From assembly GCA_000002445.1 (NCBI GenBank), contig CP000070.1, forward strand, positions 1,408,001 to 1,472,000: 64,000 bases of DNA, given 5' to 3'. Shown one piece after another: positions 22,380-32,344 of this stretch; the first letter of the stretch is position 1, and every line of letters begins with the position of its first letter. This stretch comes from Trypanosoma brucei (lineage: Eukaryota). Made by a program: the position numbers and the translations under genes. Under the pieces are notes generated by a model that was given only the letters and a program-made list of their open reading frames with translations, did not search any database and was not told where the DNA came from.

Positions 22380-23363
22380 ATGAGTTCCCTCTTGAAGGTT
22401 CATCAGTTGGACCAGCGCATGCAGTTCAACCCAAATATCACTACCGGGTACCGTCCCCATATGCCGGTGAAGGAAGCTTTTCACACCTTTTTCCACTTGC
22501 ACAACGAATCGTTCAACATGTGGTCGCACGCTGTTGCTGCATGTTTCATACTTTATTTGATGGTATTTCCTCCGGTGGAGGATTTATTGGAGGTAAATGG
22601 TAAGGTTGTGCTGCGTCAGAGGGTTGTTCCGGCAGAGGAGGCCAATTTCCTACTGTCTGCCAGCCCAACTGTTGTTTTCCGGTCAACATGTCTCATGGCA
22701 TTCGTGGCATTTGTTTGCAGTGTTGCGTATCATATTCTCATACCGTGCGGGGCTTCAAGGTCCGTATGGGTACGGTTACTAAGTTGTGATGCCATCGGTA
22801 CTGTCCTTACCACCACAGGCACCGCATGGAGTTTTCTCTACCGCGGTAACGCTTGCGCTTCGCTTCACACCTCCCACCGTGTCGCCGTGCTTCTTCTGCT
22901 TCTCTCCGCCGCTGCACTCACTGCTGTGCTTCGATGTGGCTCTTGTAGCTCACCATCAGCTAGAGGAAAGGTAATGGGTTTCTTTTCGCTTCCATATCTT
23001 GCGTTGGTGTTGTGGATGGAAGTGCCCAAAGCCTATACACAGGGTCATTGCACAGCAGTAAACTATCATACACTTAGTTGGGTGTTTATTGCCTTGGGTA
23101 CTTTCGTAAACGCATCGCGGTTTCCTGAGGTGCAGGTGTGTCGGATAACCCGTTGTACCGCAAGGAAACCGGAAAAACGATCCGATATGAAACCAAAGTG
23201 GTGGAGATGGCTTATACGTTGTTTGTTGTCTAGTGATGAGATTGATTACGCGTGGAACAGCCACAACATATGGCATTATTGCGTTATCCTCAGTGTAATT
23301 GCCAAGTTGTTGGGTTGCAGATATGACATGGTGGAGTTCGAGTTGGCGCGGTGCGTGACTTGA
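22380..23363 (+). CDS. PAQR / hemolysin-III (adiponectin-receptor-like) family 7-TM membrane protein, 327 aa
   Basis: ATG start. The translation carries the family signature motifs. GYRPHMPVKEAFHTFFHLHNESFNMWSHAVA matches AdipoR GHRPPMPSFRACF..IHTETGNIWTHLLG. AYHILIPCGASRSVWVRLLSCDAIGTVLTTTGTAW matches FHTVYCHSEKVSRTFSKLDYSGIALLIMGS.VPW. A C-terminal H...H motif is present (SHNIWHYCVILSV). Multiple hydrophobic helices. Long polypyrimidine tracts at 22080-22200 upstream. Confidence 0.8.
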   Translation: MSSLLKVHQLDQRMQFNPNITTGYRPHMPVKEAFHTFFHLHNESFNMWSHAVAACFILYLMVFPPVEDLLEVNGKVVLRQRVVPAEEANFLLSASPTVVFRSTCLMAFVAFVCSVAYHILIPCGASRSVWVRLLSCDAIGTVLTTTGTAWSFLYRGNACASLHTSHRVAVLLLLLSAAALTAVLRCGSCSSPSARGKVMGFFSLPYLALVLWMEVPKAYTQGHCTAVNYHTLSWVFIALGTFVNASRFPEVQVCRITRCTARKPEKRSDMKPKWWRWLIRCLLSSDEIDYAWNSHNIWHYCVILSVIAKLLGCRYDMVEFELARCVT

Positions 23364-24262
23364 GGTTTGGGGGAGGGGGAGGAAAGAGGGAGAAATGAAT
23401 TCGGTGCTGAAGCAGCGGCATTCTTTTTTTTTTTTCTCCGGTCAAAATTTGGTGAAGTTGGTACATTGGTGGCAGGAGTTGGTTGTGCGCCGTTTTATGA
23501 AGAAAAAAAAAACCGCCTTCTTGCGTGCATTAATGCTCGCATCATTTTTTCCGAATCTTTTTCTTCCGCGACCGCATGCTCGCGTTGCACTTGTGGTTGT
23601 GTAGATGTGGGTGGAGGCGGCGCGGTGCGGCGAAGCTTTCCGTTTTCTCATTTGCGACGGAGGTGTGTGTGTGTTTGTACTTTTTTTTTTTTTTGATATT
23701 CCGACTTTCCCGTTACACGTGTTGTTGCGTTGGCGTTCTAATCGAACTGGAAGCTGTTTTGTAAACTGCTTCGCTTTGTTGCCCGATTGTTGACTTTCTT
23801 GTTCCCACCGGAGGGGGGGGTGTGTCTCTGACCTTGGATAAATAATGATAACTACTGAAGGTGAGGGAAAATTTCGACAAATGAACGTTACGTGAATGAA
23901 TAAATAAATATATATTTGTTTCTCTTCTTCTTGAAGTCATTGAGTACTTGTGTACATAGACACAGTTACTCCGGCGAAAAAAAAAAACAACATAGAAACG
24001 AAAGTAAGAAGAAAAAAAGGTTTGAAGATCAAACGTTACAAGGTTCAGTTGGTGAGCTCACGAACCTTTTAGTAGCGGAGGACCGAAGAAACCACATAAT
24101 AATATTATTTGTGTTAGAATCAGGTTGAGGTGAGAAAAAGTGACCAACACTAAGAATATAAAGTCGACAACAAAACTGAAGGGAAGGACTGCGGAGGTTA
24201 AGTAAGTAGACGCACGAGAAAAGATATTTGGACACAGCACAGCCAAGGGGTCGTACACGGTT

Positions 24263-27200
24263 ATGTCAGCGAGGGCAGCAAGCCCTGATTGTAGCTATGT
24301 CAGCAGCGGAAAATCCAATGAATCAAGGGGAAGTCCTGTTGGAAGTTATGTAAGTAGCGGTGAGAAGGCAAGCAATTTGAATAGTGCGCAACTCAGCGGT
24401 GCAAACAGTAAACCACCCAGCAACCGAAAAGGAAGTCCTGTTGGAAGTTATGTTAGTAGCGGTGAGAAGGCAAGCAATTTGAATAGTGCGCAACTCAGCG
24501 GTGCAAACAGTAAACCACCCAGCAACCGAAAAGGAAGTCCTGTTGGAAGTTATGTTAGTAGCGGTGAGAAGGCAAGCAATTTGAATAGTGCGCAACTCAG
24601 CGGTGCAAACAGTAAACCACCCAGCAACCGAAAAGGAAGTCCTGTTGGAAGTTATGTAAGTAGCGGCGAGAAGGCAAGCAATTTGAATAGTGCGCAACTC
24701 AGCGGTGCAAACAGTAAACCACCCAGCAACCGAAAAGGAAGTCCTGTTGGAAGTTATGTAAGTAGCGGCGAGAAGGCAAGCAATTTGAATAGTGCGCAAC
24801 TCAGCGGTGCAAACAGTAAACCACCCAGCAACCGAAAAGGAAGTCCTGTTGGAAGTTATGTTAGTAGCGGTGAGAAGGCAAGCAATTTGAATAGTGCGCA
24901 ACTCAGCGGTGCAAACAGTAAACCACCCAGCAACCGAAAAGGAAGTCCTGTTGGAAGTTATGTAAGTAGCGGCGAGAAGGCAAGCAATTTGAATAGTGCG
25001 CAACTCAGCGGTGCAAACAGTAAACCACCCAGCAACCGAAAAGGAAGTCCTGTTGGAAGTTATGTTAGTAGCGGTGAGAAGGCAAGCAATTTGAATAGTG
25101 CGCAACTCAGCGGTGCAAACAGTAAACCACCCAGCAACCGAAAAGGAAGTCCTGTTGGAAGTTATGTAAGTAGCGGCGAGAAGGCAAGCAATTTGAATAG
25201 TGCGCAACTCAGTGACTCTAGCAGGAAGCATCCTTGTAACAAAAATGTCGAATCAACACCTATAGGAGGGAATTCTTCGGTCGTGCCAGGCGAGCCACCG
25301 ATCGCTGGTGTTTCCAGCATTAAACGGTGTCCCGTGGAACAATCCGATATAAACAGCCTTTCAGCATGGATTGTCCCTAGTTCCCCTCCACAGGGTGCTG
25401 CGGACGAGCTGCACATTCATAGGGAATTACTGAACACACCACCGGCACCGGTGAAACTTACCCTATACGAGAAGGACAACAGTCCCAATGATGGGAATGA
25501 TCCAGTTTTTTACCGTCCGTTTTTGAGAAACTCAGCAAATGGTGGTTCGACTTATGCTTCCTTCACCAATACATCACCATACCCACTTAGTCACAGGGAT
25601 GTTGAGGTTCTTTACGAGTCTCATAAACGGCAAGTGGAAGTATGCCGTGAGGCTGCTCGAGCAGAAGAGGAGATCGCCCGAAGGAAGCGGCAGGAAATCA
25701 ATGCAGAGACTGCGCGCATTGTTTCCGAGGCCTCACGGCTGAGTTTCTCGATGGGCACTCATCGCAAAGTGTACGACGAAGCAATGGACCGGCTTCGGGA
25801 AGTTCGACCAGGGTCGGCCCTACCGAAAGCGTGTAGAATTAAAACACCGCGCCGGATTCTTTTTTCTTCACTCGTAGATTCTTCTGGTTCCTACGGATAT
25901 GGCCCAGCGAGGCGGATGGAAACAATAAAGGATTTTGGCCCCAGTATTCGGAACAATTATAGAGGGAGAACCGGCGGGGCCCAAGTGGCTTTGGCTCTAC
26001 TGAAATCGAGGTTCATGGCTGGCTGGGTTGCCCCAAACGTTGTTGACCGTTTTTCTCCTCACTCACCGGTAGCGCAGACTCTCTCATCTAAATACTTTGT
26101 GGAGCAGCAAACGAACGTCGACCATCCGCACCCGCATAAACGAGAAGTAGTCCCTGAGAAAACCGACTTCGGTAACACAAACAACGTGAATGGCTCCGAA
26201 GATGCAACTGTGCACGTTGTTTCAACGGCGCCAACCGCTTTTTGTGATATGGCAACACCGCACAGCAGCATTAACGTTGCGAAAGCATCAGAAAACGTGA
26301 CAATGCCGTACTGCAGCTCCATTTTGCCTGAACCAGTGAGGGAGTTGCCCCAAAGTAATGATGTACTTCAAAATGCTGTGGGTGAGGAGGATAAAAATGT
26401 AGTTGCCGAACTACCGCCACCAACAATACCTTTACACCAACAGTCGGTATCGCAGCATCAGCAGTTGGAACATCAACACCAACCGTCGCTGGAGGATAAT
26501 CAAAAACAAGAAGAGTCGTCGCTAACACCAGTTAGGGTTCCACTGCCGCTCCCACCTCCAACACGTCTATCGTCCGTGGATGTGAAAATGAAATCACCAC
26601 AAGGGGTGGAGTCACATATATATTCACAGTCATCGACATCACTTCAGGAGGTGGAACTATCCTTTGAAAACCCACGGCCCCCGGTTGTGGAACCTGAGGC
26701 ACTAACGGAGGAAGACAAGCAGGTATTGGAACTATTAAACAACGTCCGTGACCTGCGTCTGGAAACGGAGAAACTGGTTGTTGAATTACTCCACTCAACT
26801 GACGAATGGGGATGTTGGTGTAGTCGGAAAGGGAGTCTTTTTCGTGACTTATTTGTCCTTCCTGACGCGAGGACCGTTGCTGAGGTGAGTAAACGAGCCA
26901 TGCGTACACGAGCGACTCATGACACAACGGCAGAGGAACATCCAATCGATGTGAGAGACAACTTAATTGCTGCAAGGCCACTTAGTCAAGAAAAATTTGC
27001 TCCTAGAATTCCGCCGCCACCTCCTATTGATGTTCTGCTAAAGTGTGTGGTCGATGGGGAGCAGCAACACGTTGCCGAAACAGAAGAGGACGCCTACGGT
27101 GAGTGGGAGAACGACCCGGAAGTTGAGTGCGCCTCATCCCCTAGTGTTCTTCCAGATCATTTGGATGAGGCAAACACGAATTTATTGAGAAGTGCAGCAA

Positions 27201-27706
27201 CGCGACAACCCCATTTACCTGATTCACAGCACTCACCATCATCATCATCTGATACCAGTGGCGGCGGAACTGACAGTAGTGATTACTCCTGTGCTGAGGA
27301 AGAGGCCGATGGTGATGAAAAGAGTGAAGAAAACTCGTCGTGGTCGTATGATTCATCGCTTTCCTCAGCCAAAGCCCCGCCGCCACCCCCATCCCATGAG
27401 GATGAAGAGAAGCGGCGTACAGAAGAAGTTTTACAAAAAGAAACGATGACTCAAGAAATTGAAGGGCCGAGGCCTCCCAACGAGTCTGTACTTCTTTCCG
27501 ACACTATGGACCCTTCACCCACTCCCATTCATCCTGTATTTCATGCCGAAGCCACGGGCAAAAGGACTGGACCAAAACAAAAAAAAGAGGACAAACATGA
27601 AAAGAAGAAGAAAGGAGTGAAGGGATTCTTTTCACGTTTGATGTGTTGTGGAGGTGGAAGCACATCAGTGGCAGATGGAAAGGGGAGCACCACACAAAAA
27701 AAATAA
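24263..27706 (+). CDS. tandem-repeat protein, 1147 aa: about 8.7 copies of a 34-aa Ser-rich unit near the N-terminus; C-terminal KKKKGVKGFFSRLMCCGGG tail
   Basis: ATG start. Unit GSPVGSYVSSGEKASNLNSAQLSGANSKPPSNRK (102 nt) repeats head-to-tail from 24329. The remaining about 800 aa is non-repetitive and Pro/Ser/Glu-rich (PPPPPSHEDEEK). The di-Cys in a basic C-terminus (RLMCCGGG) suggests possible palmitoylation. Polypyrimidine tract at 23650-23720 upstream. Confidence 0.65.
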   Translation: MSARAASPDCSYVSSGKSNESRGSPVGSYVSSGEKASNLNSAQLSGANSKPPSNRKGSPVGSYVSSGEKASNLNSAQLSGANSKPPSNRKGSPVGSYVSSGEKASNLNSAQLSGANSKPPSNRKGSPVGSYVSSGEKASNLNSAQLSGANSKPPSNRKGSPVGSYVSSGEKASNLNSAQLSGANSKPPSNRKGSPVGSYVSSGEKASNLNSAQLSGANSKPPSNRKGSPVGSYVSSGEKASNLNSAQLSGANSKPPSNRKGSPVGSYVSSGEKASNLNSAQLSGANSKPPSNRKGSPVGSYVSSGEKASNLNSAQLSDSSRKHPCNKNVESTPIGGNSSVVPGEPPIAGVSSIKRCPVEQSDINSLSAWIVPSSPPQGAADELHIHRELLNTPPAPVKLTLYEKDNSPNDGNDPVFYRPFLRNSANGGSTYASFTNTSPYPLSHRDVEVLYESHKRQVEVCREAARAEEEIARRKRQEINAETARIVSEASRLSFSMGTHRKVYDEAMDRLREVRPGSALPKACRIKTPRRILFSSLVDSSGSYGYGPARRMETIKDFGPSIRNNYRGRTGGAQVALALLKSRFMAGWVAPNVVDRFSPHSPVAQTLSSKYFVEQQTNVDHPHPHKREVVPEKTDFGNTNNVNGSEDATVHVVSTAPTAFCDMATPHSSINVAKASENVTMPYCSSILPEPVRELPQSNDVLQNAVGEEDKNVVAELPPPTIPLHQQSVSQHQQLEHQHQPSLEDNQKQEESSLTPVRVPLPLPPPTRLSSVDVKMKSPQGVESHIYSQSSTSLQEVELSFENPRPPVVEPEALTEEDKQVLELLNNVRDLRLETEKLVVELLHSTDEWGCWCSRKGSLFRDLFVLPDARTVAEVSKRAMRTRATHDTTAEEHPIDVRDNLIAARPLSQEKFAPRIPPPPPIDVLLKCVVDGEQQHVAETEEDAYGEWENDPEVECASSPSVLPDHLDEANTNLLRSAATRQPHLPDSQHSPSSSSDTSGGGTDSSDYSCAEEEADGDEKSEENSSWSYDSSLSSAKAPPPPPSHEDEEKRRTEEVLQKETMTQEIEGPRPPNESVLLSDTMDPSPTPIHPVFHAEATGKRTGPKQKKEDKHEKKKKGVKGFFSRLMCCGGGSTSVADGKGSTTQKK
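24329..25212 (+). repeat. 102-bp coding tandem repeat, about 8.7 head-to-tail copies (units start 24329, 24431, 24533, 24635, 24737, 24839, 24941, 25043, 25145)
   Basis: Exact 102-nt periodicity read directly from the sequence. Two synonymous unit variants (tatgtaagtagcggYgag vs tatgttagtagcggtgag) occur in order A,B,B,A,A,B,A,B,A. Confidence 0.9.
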
Positions 27707-29480
27707 CGGGACCCCCCACTCCCATAAAAAAAAAAGGAATGACATCTCAAAAATAAGGGAGAGTGGAAGGAAGTGAAAGTGGAAATAGTAGTGGAAATGG
27801 AAGGGGGAAAATGCAGGAAAAGTTGCGTGCAGGAGCAAACTTGTCAGTGATCCACTTGATAAGTCCTTCCAGCGTGTATTTTATGTTTAATTTTGCTTTT
27901 ATGTCAAGTCAAGGCTTTTGAAAATTTGGCTCACGGATCCATAGAAGGTGTGAGAGAAACGAAATAAAGTTTTTTAGTCATATATTTTGTGTTTGTTACA
28001 CAATAAAACCATAGACGAATTCTCTGTTTTTTTTATTTTCGTTTTTGCCGCCGTGATTGACCCGTAGTTTTGTCGACTGTAATGGCCACACGTAGACGTT
28101 GAGTTTTTTTTTTTTGCAGCATATGAGTTTTACGTACGGTTTATTGATTTATTGAGGTGTTTTAAAAGACCTTACTGTGTTATTCAGTAATATTTTTCAT
28201 TTTTTCCCTCTGGTTCATTTGTTGGATTTGTTTTTTTTGTTGTTTGTTTATCTCCTCTTTCTTTATTCTGCCGATCGAATGAACATCTAAAAAAATTATC
28301 AGACTTCTCTTTTTTTCTTCTTCTTCTTTATTATCTTAAGTTAAAAAGGAAAATCCGTCGCTACCGTGAGGGTGATGGAGCCGGTTCGAATTCGTTGCGG
28401 TCATGCAAGGGTTTTTTTTCCGATTAAACCGATGAGACGATAAAAGATGTGTGGGAGTAAAAAGAAGATGCAAATGTTTTTTTTTTTTTTTTTGGCAGAT
28501 GTACGAATTTGTGCACATGTGGATTAAATTCATTTTTTTTTAAAATCTAAAATATACGTATATATATATATATATATTTATTTATTTATTTATATGCGAG
28601 TGTGTGTGTGTGTGTTATTGTTTGTTTGTTTGTTCGTTGAGGGTCGTAATGACGGCAGCGGTGATGTTGCTTACGTTACTCTGTTTTGTTTGACTTAATT
28701 TTTTTTTTTTCAATTACCCTTTCTCTTTACTCCCTACTCCTTTTTCCCTTATTTCCTTTTTTCCCCCTTCTTTTTTTTAAAAATAAAATAACCGACATGT
28801 CGTTTCCACAAGGAGAAAGATTGAACTTCTGCTGAGCATCTCTGCACACATTAGGCAAGGAGAAAAAGTTGTGGGAACGAAACAACAACAAAACAAAAAA
28901 GAAAAGGGAGGATTGCCAAATCAGTCGTCATCATTAATCAACGATACAAGCAGAGGAAGGTAGAGAAAAAGGAGAAAGAAAAGAAAAGCACCAGAAACTG
29001 CTAAAAGGATCCAAAGAACGACAAAAAAAAACAGCAAAGTCAAGTAGGCAAGTACCGTGAATAGCAACATTACATCACATCACAACAGGTCAGTCAGTCA
29101 GTCGGCATTTTTTCCCCCTCTCCTGTGTGTATCCTTTTTTTTTTGTCGTAGCCCACTGAAAGGAGAACCGAAATAAACGGACGGGTGCGTGCATCGAAAC
29201 GGAGCGGAGTCAACGAAGAAAGTGAATCTGAAAGCGAAAGTGCCCTGGAAGTACATACGATTTAACAAGTGGCTTTAGGCAAAAGGAATTCTTCAATTCA
29301 ACAGGCAAGGAGAGAAGAAAGGAACAGCAAACGAAAACAACTAAACGGAAAGATAAGGGAAGTGAACAATACCCGCATTTCCTACCACCCCCCAAAAAAA
29401 AATAATAAAAGAAATCTTCGTTGTTGAATTGTTTGTTAGTTGGTTGCGCTCTATTTCGCCTTGAGTAACTGCCGAGAAGA

Positions 29481-31280
29481 ATGAGCTTATTTTCTTTTAC
29501 GCCAACTGGAGGTTCCAACATGCCACGCACCACATCCACGGAGGAAAACACCACGTCGGATTGTCAGACAAGTTTGAATCATCCGCCTCCCAAAATGACC
29601 TTTACGGATATGCTAAACACCAAAATCCAAAACAGCAATAAACACAGCTCAGAAGATAAAAACAGCAACTGCAGCACAGTTGATGAGGTGTTGGATTGTT
29701 GCGATTACGGTTATGGATGTGTTCATGGAAATGCACTGGTGGAAGAGGGCGCGGAAGAGATGCGACGCCGCTACTTTTTGGAAATGCAGCGCAACCTCCT
29801 TGATGATGTGGATACGGACAATGAGGAACAAATAGACAGCAAGATCGTTAGCACTTGCCGAAGCACCACATCTGTCAGTGCACGTGATTCCTCAGAAGTT
29901 CTCGGCCCCATACCTTTACCACATGACGGAGGAGATGTGTTGTCTTTCAACCCATTTGCCTCCAGTGTTACCTATAGCCCCTTGTCCGATGAAAACGGTT
30001 GCGTGGAAAATTTATCTCCGAACCCCAGCAGCCGCACTCCACTGAGCAGCTCAACATCCGGGGCGCAGCTTCCCAATGGAAGTTTTTCCTCTATCTCTCC
30101 CTCGCTCTCCACTCATCCGACTGGGCGATTAGCCACGCGAAAAAATGTATACGTGAGTGAACTTCCGACCCATTGGAATACGGAGAAACTCCGCAGCGTC
30201 TGCGCCACCTTCGGTAATATTGTCAGTGCTAAAGTTATGCACGACAGCAACACAAATGAGTCGCGGGGTTATGGCTTCGTCATGTTTGAGACGGATGAAC
30301 AGGCAGCTCTATGTGTGCGCACACTGAACAGTTGCAAAGTGGATGGACGGATGTTGTCATGCCGCTTCGCTCACGAGAAAGCCATGCCGTCGTTTGCCCA
30401 CTCTGATCGTATCCCATGGCAGGAATTCGGTCGCTCCCCCAATTCCACAACACCGTCCCTCTCAAAAGACAAACTGACGGATGTAAAAACCCAACCCGAC
30501 CAACAGCAGGGAGGTAACTCACTTCCCAATATGGAGTTACTGAAAGGCGCCCATGTTGCATGTTTCGGAGACCGCAGTCGCCCAATGGTGCAACGGAGCC
30601 ACAACATATTCATTCAAGGTCTGCCACTGCAGTGGAACACGGATAAATTACGCAGCCTTTGCGGCACTTTTGGAAAAGTAGAGCTGGCTAAAGTTGTTCG
30701 GGATGCCACGACAAGCCTATCGTGCGGCCATGGTTTTGTTCTGTTTGAGCGAGAGGAGGCTGCAGCTCTTTGCGTTGAGCGTTTAAATGGTGCGACCGTT
30801 GAGGGTCGGACACTTACATGCCGTTTCGCGAGAGATAAACGAGGTCCGGGAGTTGCAACTGGAGCGGCGCCTTCACCACCTGTACGGCCGTCTGGAAATG
30901 ACTTTTTGAAAAACACAGCACCGTTACTTGTCCGAATGGTAGACGCACAGGAAAGTCCATCAATGTTACTTCAGTCGGCAGTTGGCTCTAACAAGTGGTC
31001 AACCGTTACAGTTCCACAAAATTGTCACACGGCTGTTTATTCGCAATCACCGTTACTTGTTGCGGGCGGTGTCTCACCATTACTCGGCCTCTCACCTGTT
31101 GTATCTCCTATGGTACCATCTGGCGTCATGACAGAAATGACGGAACCACCGCATGGCATGCAAAGTTTTGGGTGTAATATTGCGGGATTGCAATGCCTTA
31201 TTGCCGTACCGTATCATCAAACTCGAATTGTATCGGGTTTTAGCAACGGCGACGGCGGGACATTTGCTGCACTTACGTAA
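29481..31280 (+). CDS. RNA-binding protein with two RRM domains, 599 aa
   Basis: ATG start. RRM1 lies at about 30141-30385 (KNVYVSELPTHWNTEKLRSVCATFGNIVSAKVMHDSNTNESRGYGFVMFETDEQAALCVRTLNSCKVDGRMLSCRFAHEK). RRM2 lies at about 30598-30840 (HNIFIQGLPLQWNTDKLRSLCGTFGKVELAKVVRDATTSLSCGHGFVLFEREEAAALCVERLNGATVEGRTLTCRFARDK). Both have RNP2-like (V/I-Y/F-V/I) and RNP1-like (GYGFVMF / GHGFVLF) elements. Confidence 0.8.
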   Translation: MSLFSFTPTGGSNMPRTTSTEENTTSDCQTSLNHPPPKMTFTDMLNTKIQNSNKHSSEDKNSNCSTVDEVLDCCDYGYGCVHGNALVEEGAEEMRRRYFLEMQRNLLDDVDTDNEEQIDSKIVSTCRSTTSVSARDSSEVLGPIPLPHDGGDVLSFNPFASSVTYSPLSDENGCVENLSPNPSSRTPLSSSTSGAQLPNGSFSSISPSLSTHPTGRLATRKNVYVSELPTHWNTEKLRSVCATFGNIVSAKVMHDSNTNESRGYGFVMFETDEQAALCVRTLNSCKVDGRMLSCRFAHEKAMPSFAHSDRIPWQEFGRSPNSTTPSLSKDKLTDVKTQPDQQQGGNSLPNMELLKGAHVACFGDRSRPMVQRSHNIFIQGLPLQWNTDKLRSLCGTFGKVELAKVVRDATTSLSCGHGFVLFEREEAAALCVERLNGATVEGRTLTCRFARDKRGPGVATGAAPSPPVRPSGNDFLKNTAPLLVRMVDAQESPSMLLQSAVGSNKWSTVTVPQNCHTAVYSQSPLLVAGGVSPLLGLSPVVSPMVPSGVMTEMTEPPHGMQSFGCNIAGLQCLIAVPYHQTRIVSGFSNGDGGTFAALT

Positions 31281-32261
31281 AGCCACCGTTCCTTTTGATT
31301 CCTTTTATTATATTATATTTCGTTTTGTTTTTGTTTTTCACATCAGTGCCTTTGCTTACTATCTTCGGTATTTTCCTCTCAGCTCCGCCTCTTTTTTTCT
31401 TTTTTTCCTTTTTTTCCCCGTTTCTGTTTCTGTTTCGGCTCTTTCTTTTATGTTTAAAAAAAAAAAGACCATTTGCTCTTAATAATGACAATTGTTGTTA
31501 TTATTTGTCTTTATTTCCGTTGTATCGCCTTTTGTATTCCTGTGTTTATGACAACCGAAACCGTTTCAGCGGAAGGGTGAGATAAAAAAAAAGGGAGGGG
31601 AAATATGCGGGATCCCTCAATAGAAAACAGAAAAAAGGAAAGGAAAGGAAAGGAAGCAGATAAGAATGTGGAAGATTAAGGAAGGAGGGGGGGGAGATAT
31701 AATGGAGGTGTGGGGGAACAAATGGAAGGGTTTTCTTTACTTTTAAAAAACAAAAGAAAAGAAAACAAAAAAAGATGGAAAAGGGACAAAAAAAGAAAAA
31801 AAGAAATACTGCTCGAGAGGAAGAGGAGAAGAACTAACACACACACACACACACACATACATATATACATACATACATATATATATATATATAGATTACA
31901 CGGAAAAAAAAAGAAGAAAGGAGCGGCATATTTGGTTTTTATCAATCAGTTGCCGTGTGCTGTGGATTAATAAGCGGGTGCGATCGCGTGTGTCGGAAAA
32001 AAAATGACAATGCATTAGTCCTTCCGTTGCAATATATAAATATGTATATATGTATATATGTATATGTGTATATTTATGTATATATATACATATTTATTTG
32101 GATGTTTTACATATTTGTATGTTCCGCTTATATAAATAAATATATATATATACACATATTTAATTATTTTATTTTATTGTTTGTTCATTGACTTACCTGC
32201 GCGCACATGTCCCCGAGTGTCCGTTTGCCTGTCTCCATTTACATGTGTACTTTTATGTGTT

Positions 32262-32263
<2 letters not shown>

Positions 32264-32304
<41 letters not shown>

Positions 32305-32344
32305 TTGTGTGTATGTGTATGTGTATGTGTGTGTGTGTGTGTAT
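32264..32344. repeat. compound microsatellite (AT)n then (TGTGTA)n(TG)n
   Basis: atatatatatatatatatatatatatatatatgtatatttgtgtgtatgtgtatgtgtatgtgtgtgtgtgtgtgt. Confidence 0.9.

Noticed and set aside
24323-25231. 302-aa antisense ORF across the 102-bp repeat array
   Set aside because: It exists only because a tandem repeat without stops in one antisense frame stays open. Its translation (TAELRTIQIACLL...) merely mirrors the sense repeat. Sense-strand context and unidirectional gene order argue against it.
28370-28400. tRNA-like T-loop motif (ggttcgaattc) followed by an oligo-T run
   Set aside because: Flanking sequence cannot be folded into a T-stem or cloverleaf (no complementary 5-bp arms, no D-arm or acceptor pairing). 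Oligo-T runs are ubiquitous here and so are not evidence of a Pol III terminator.
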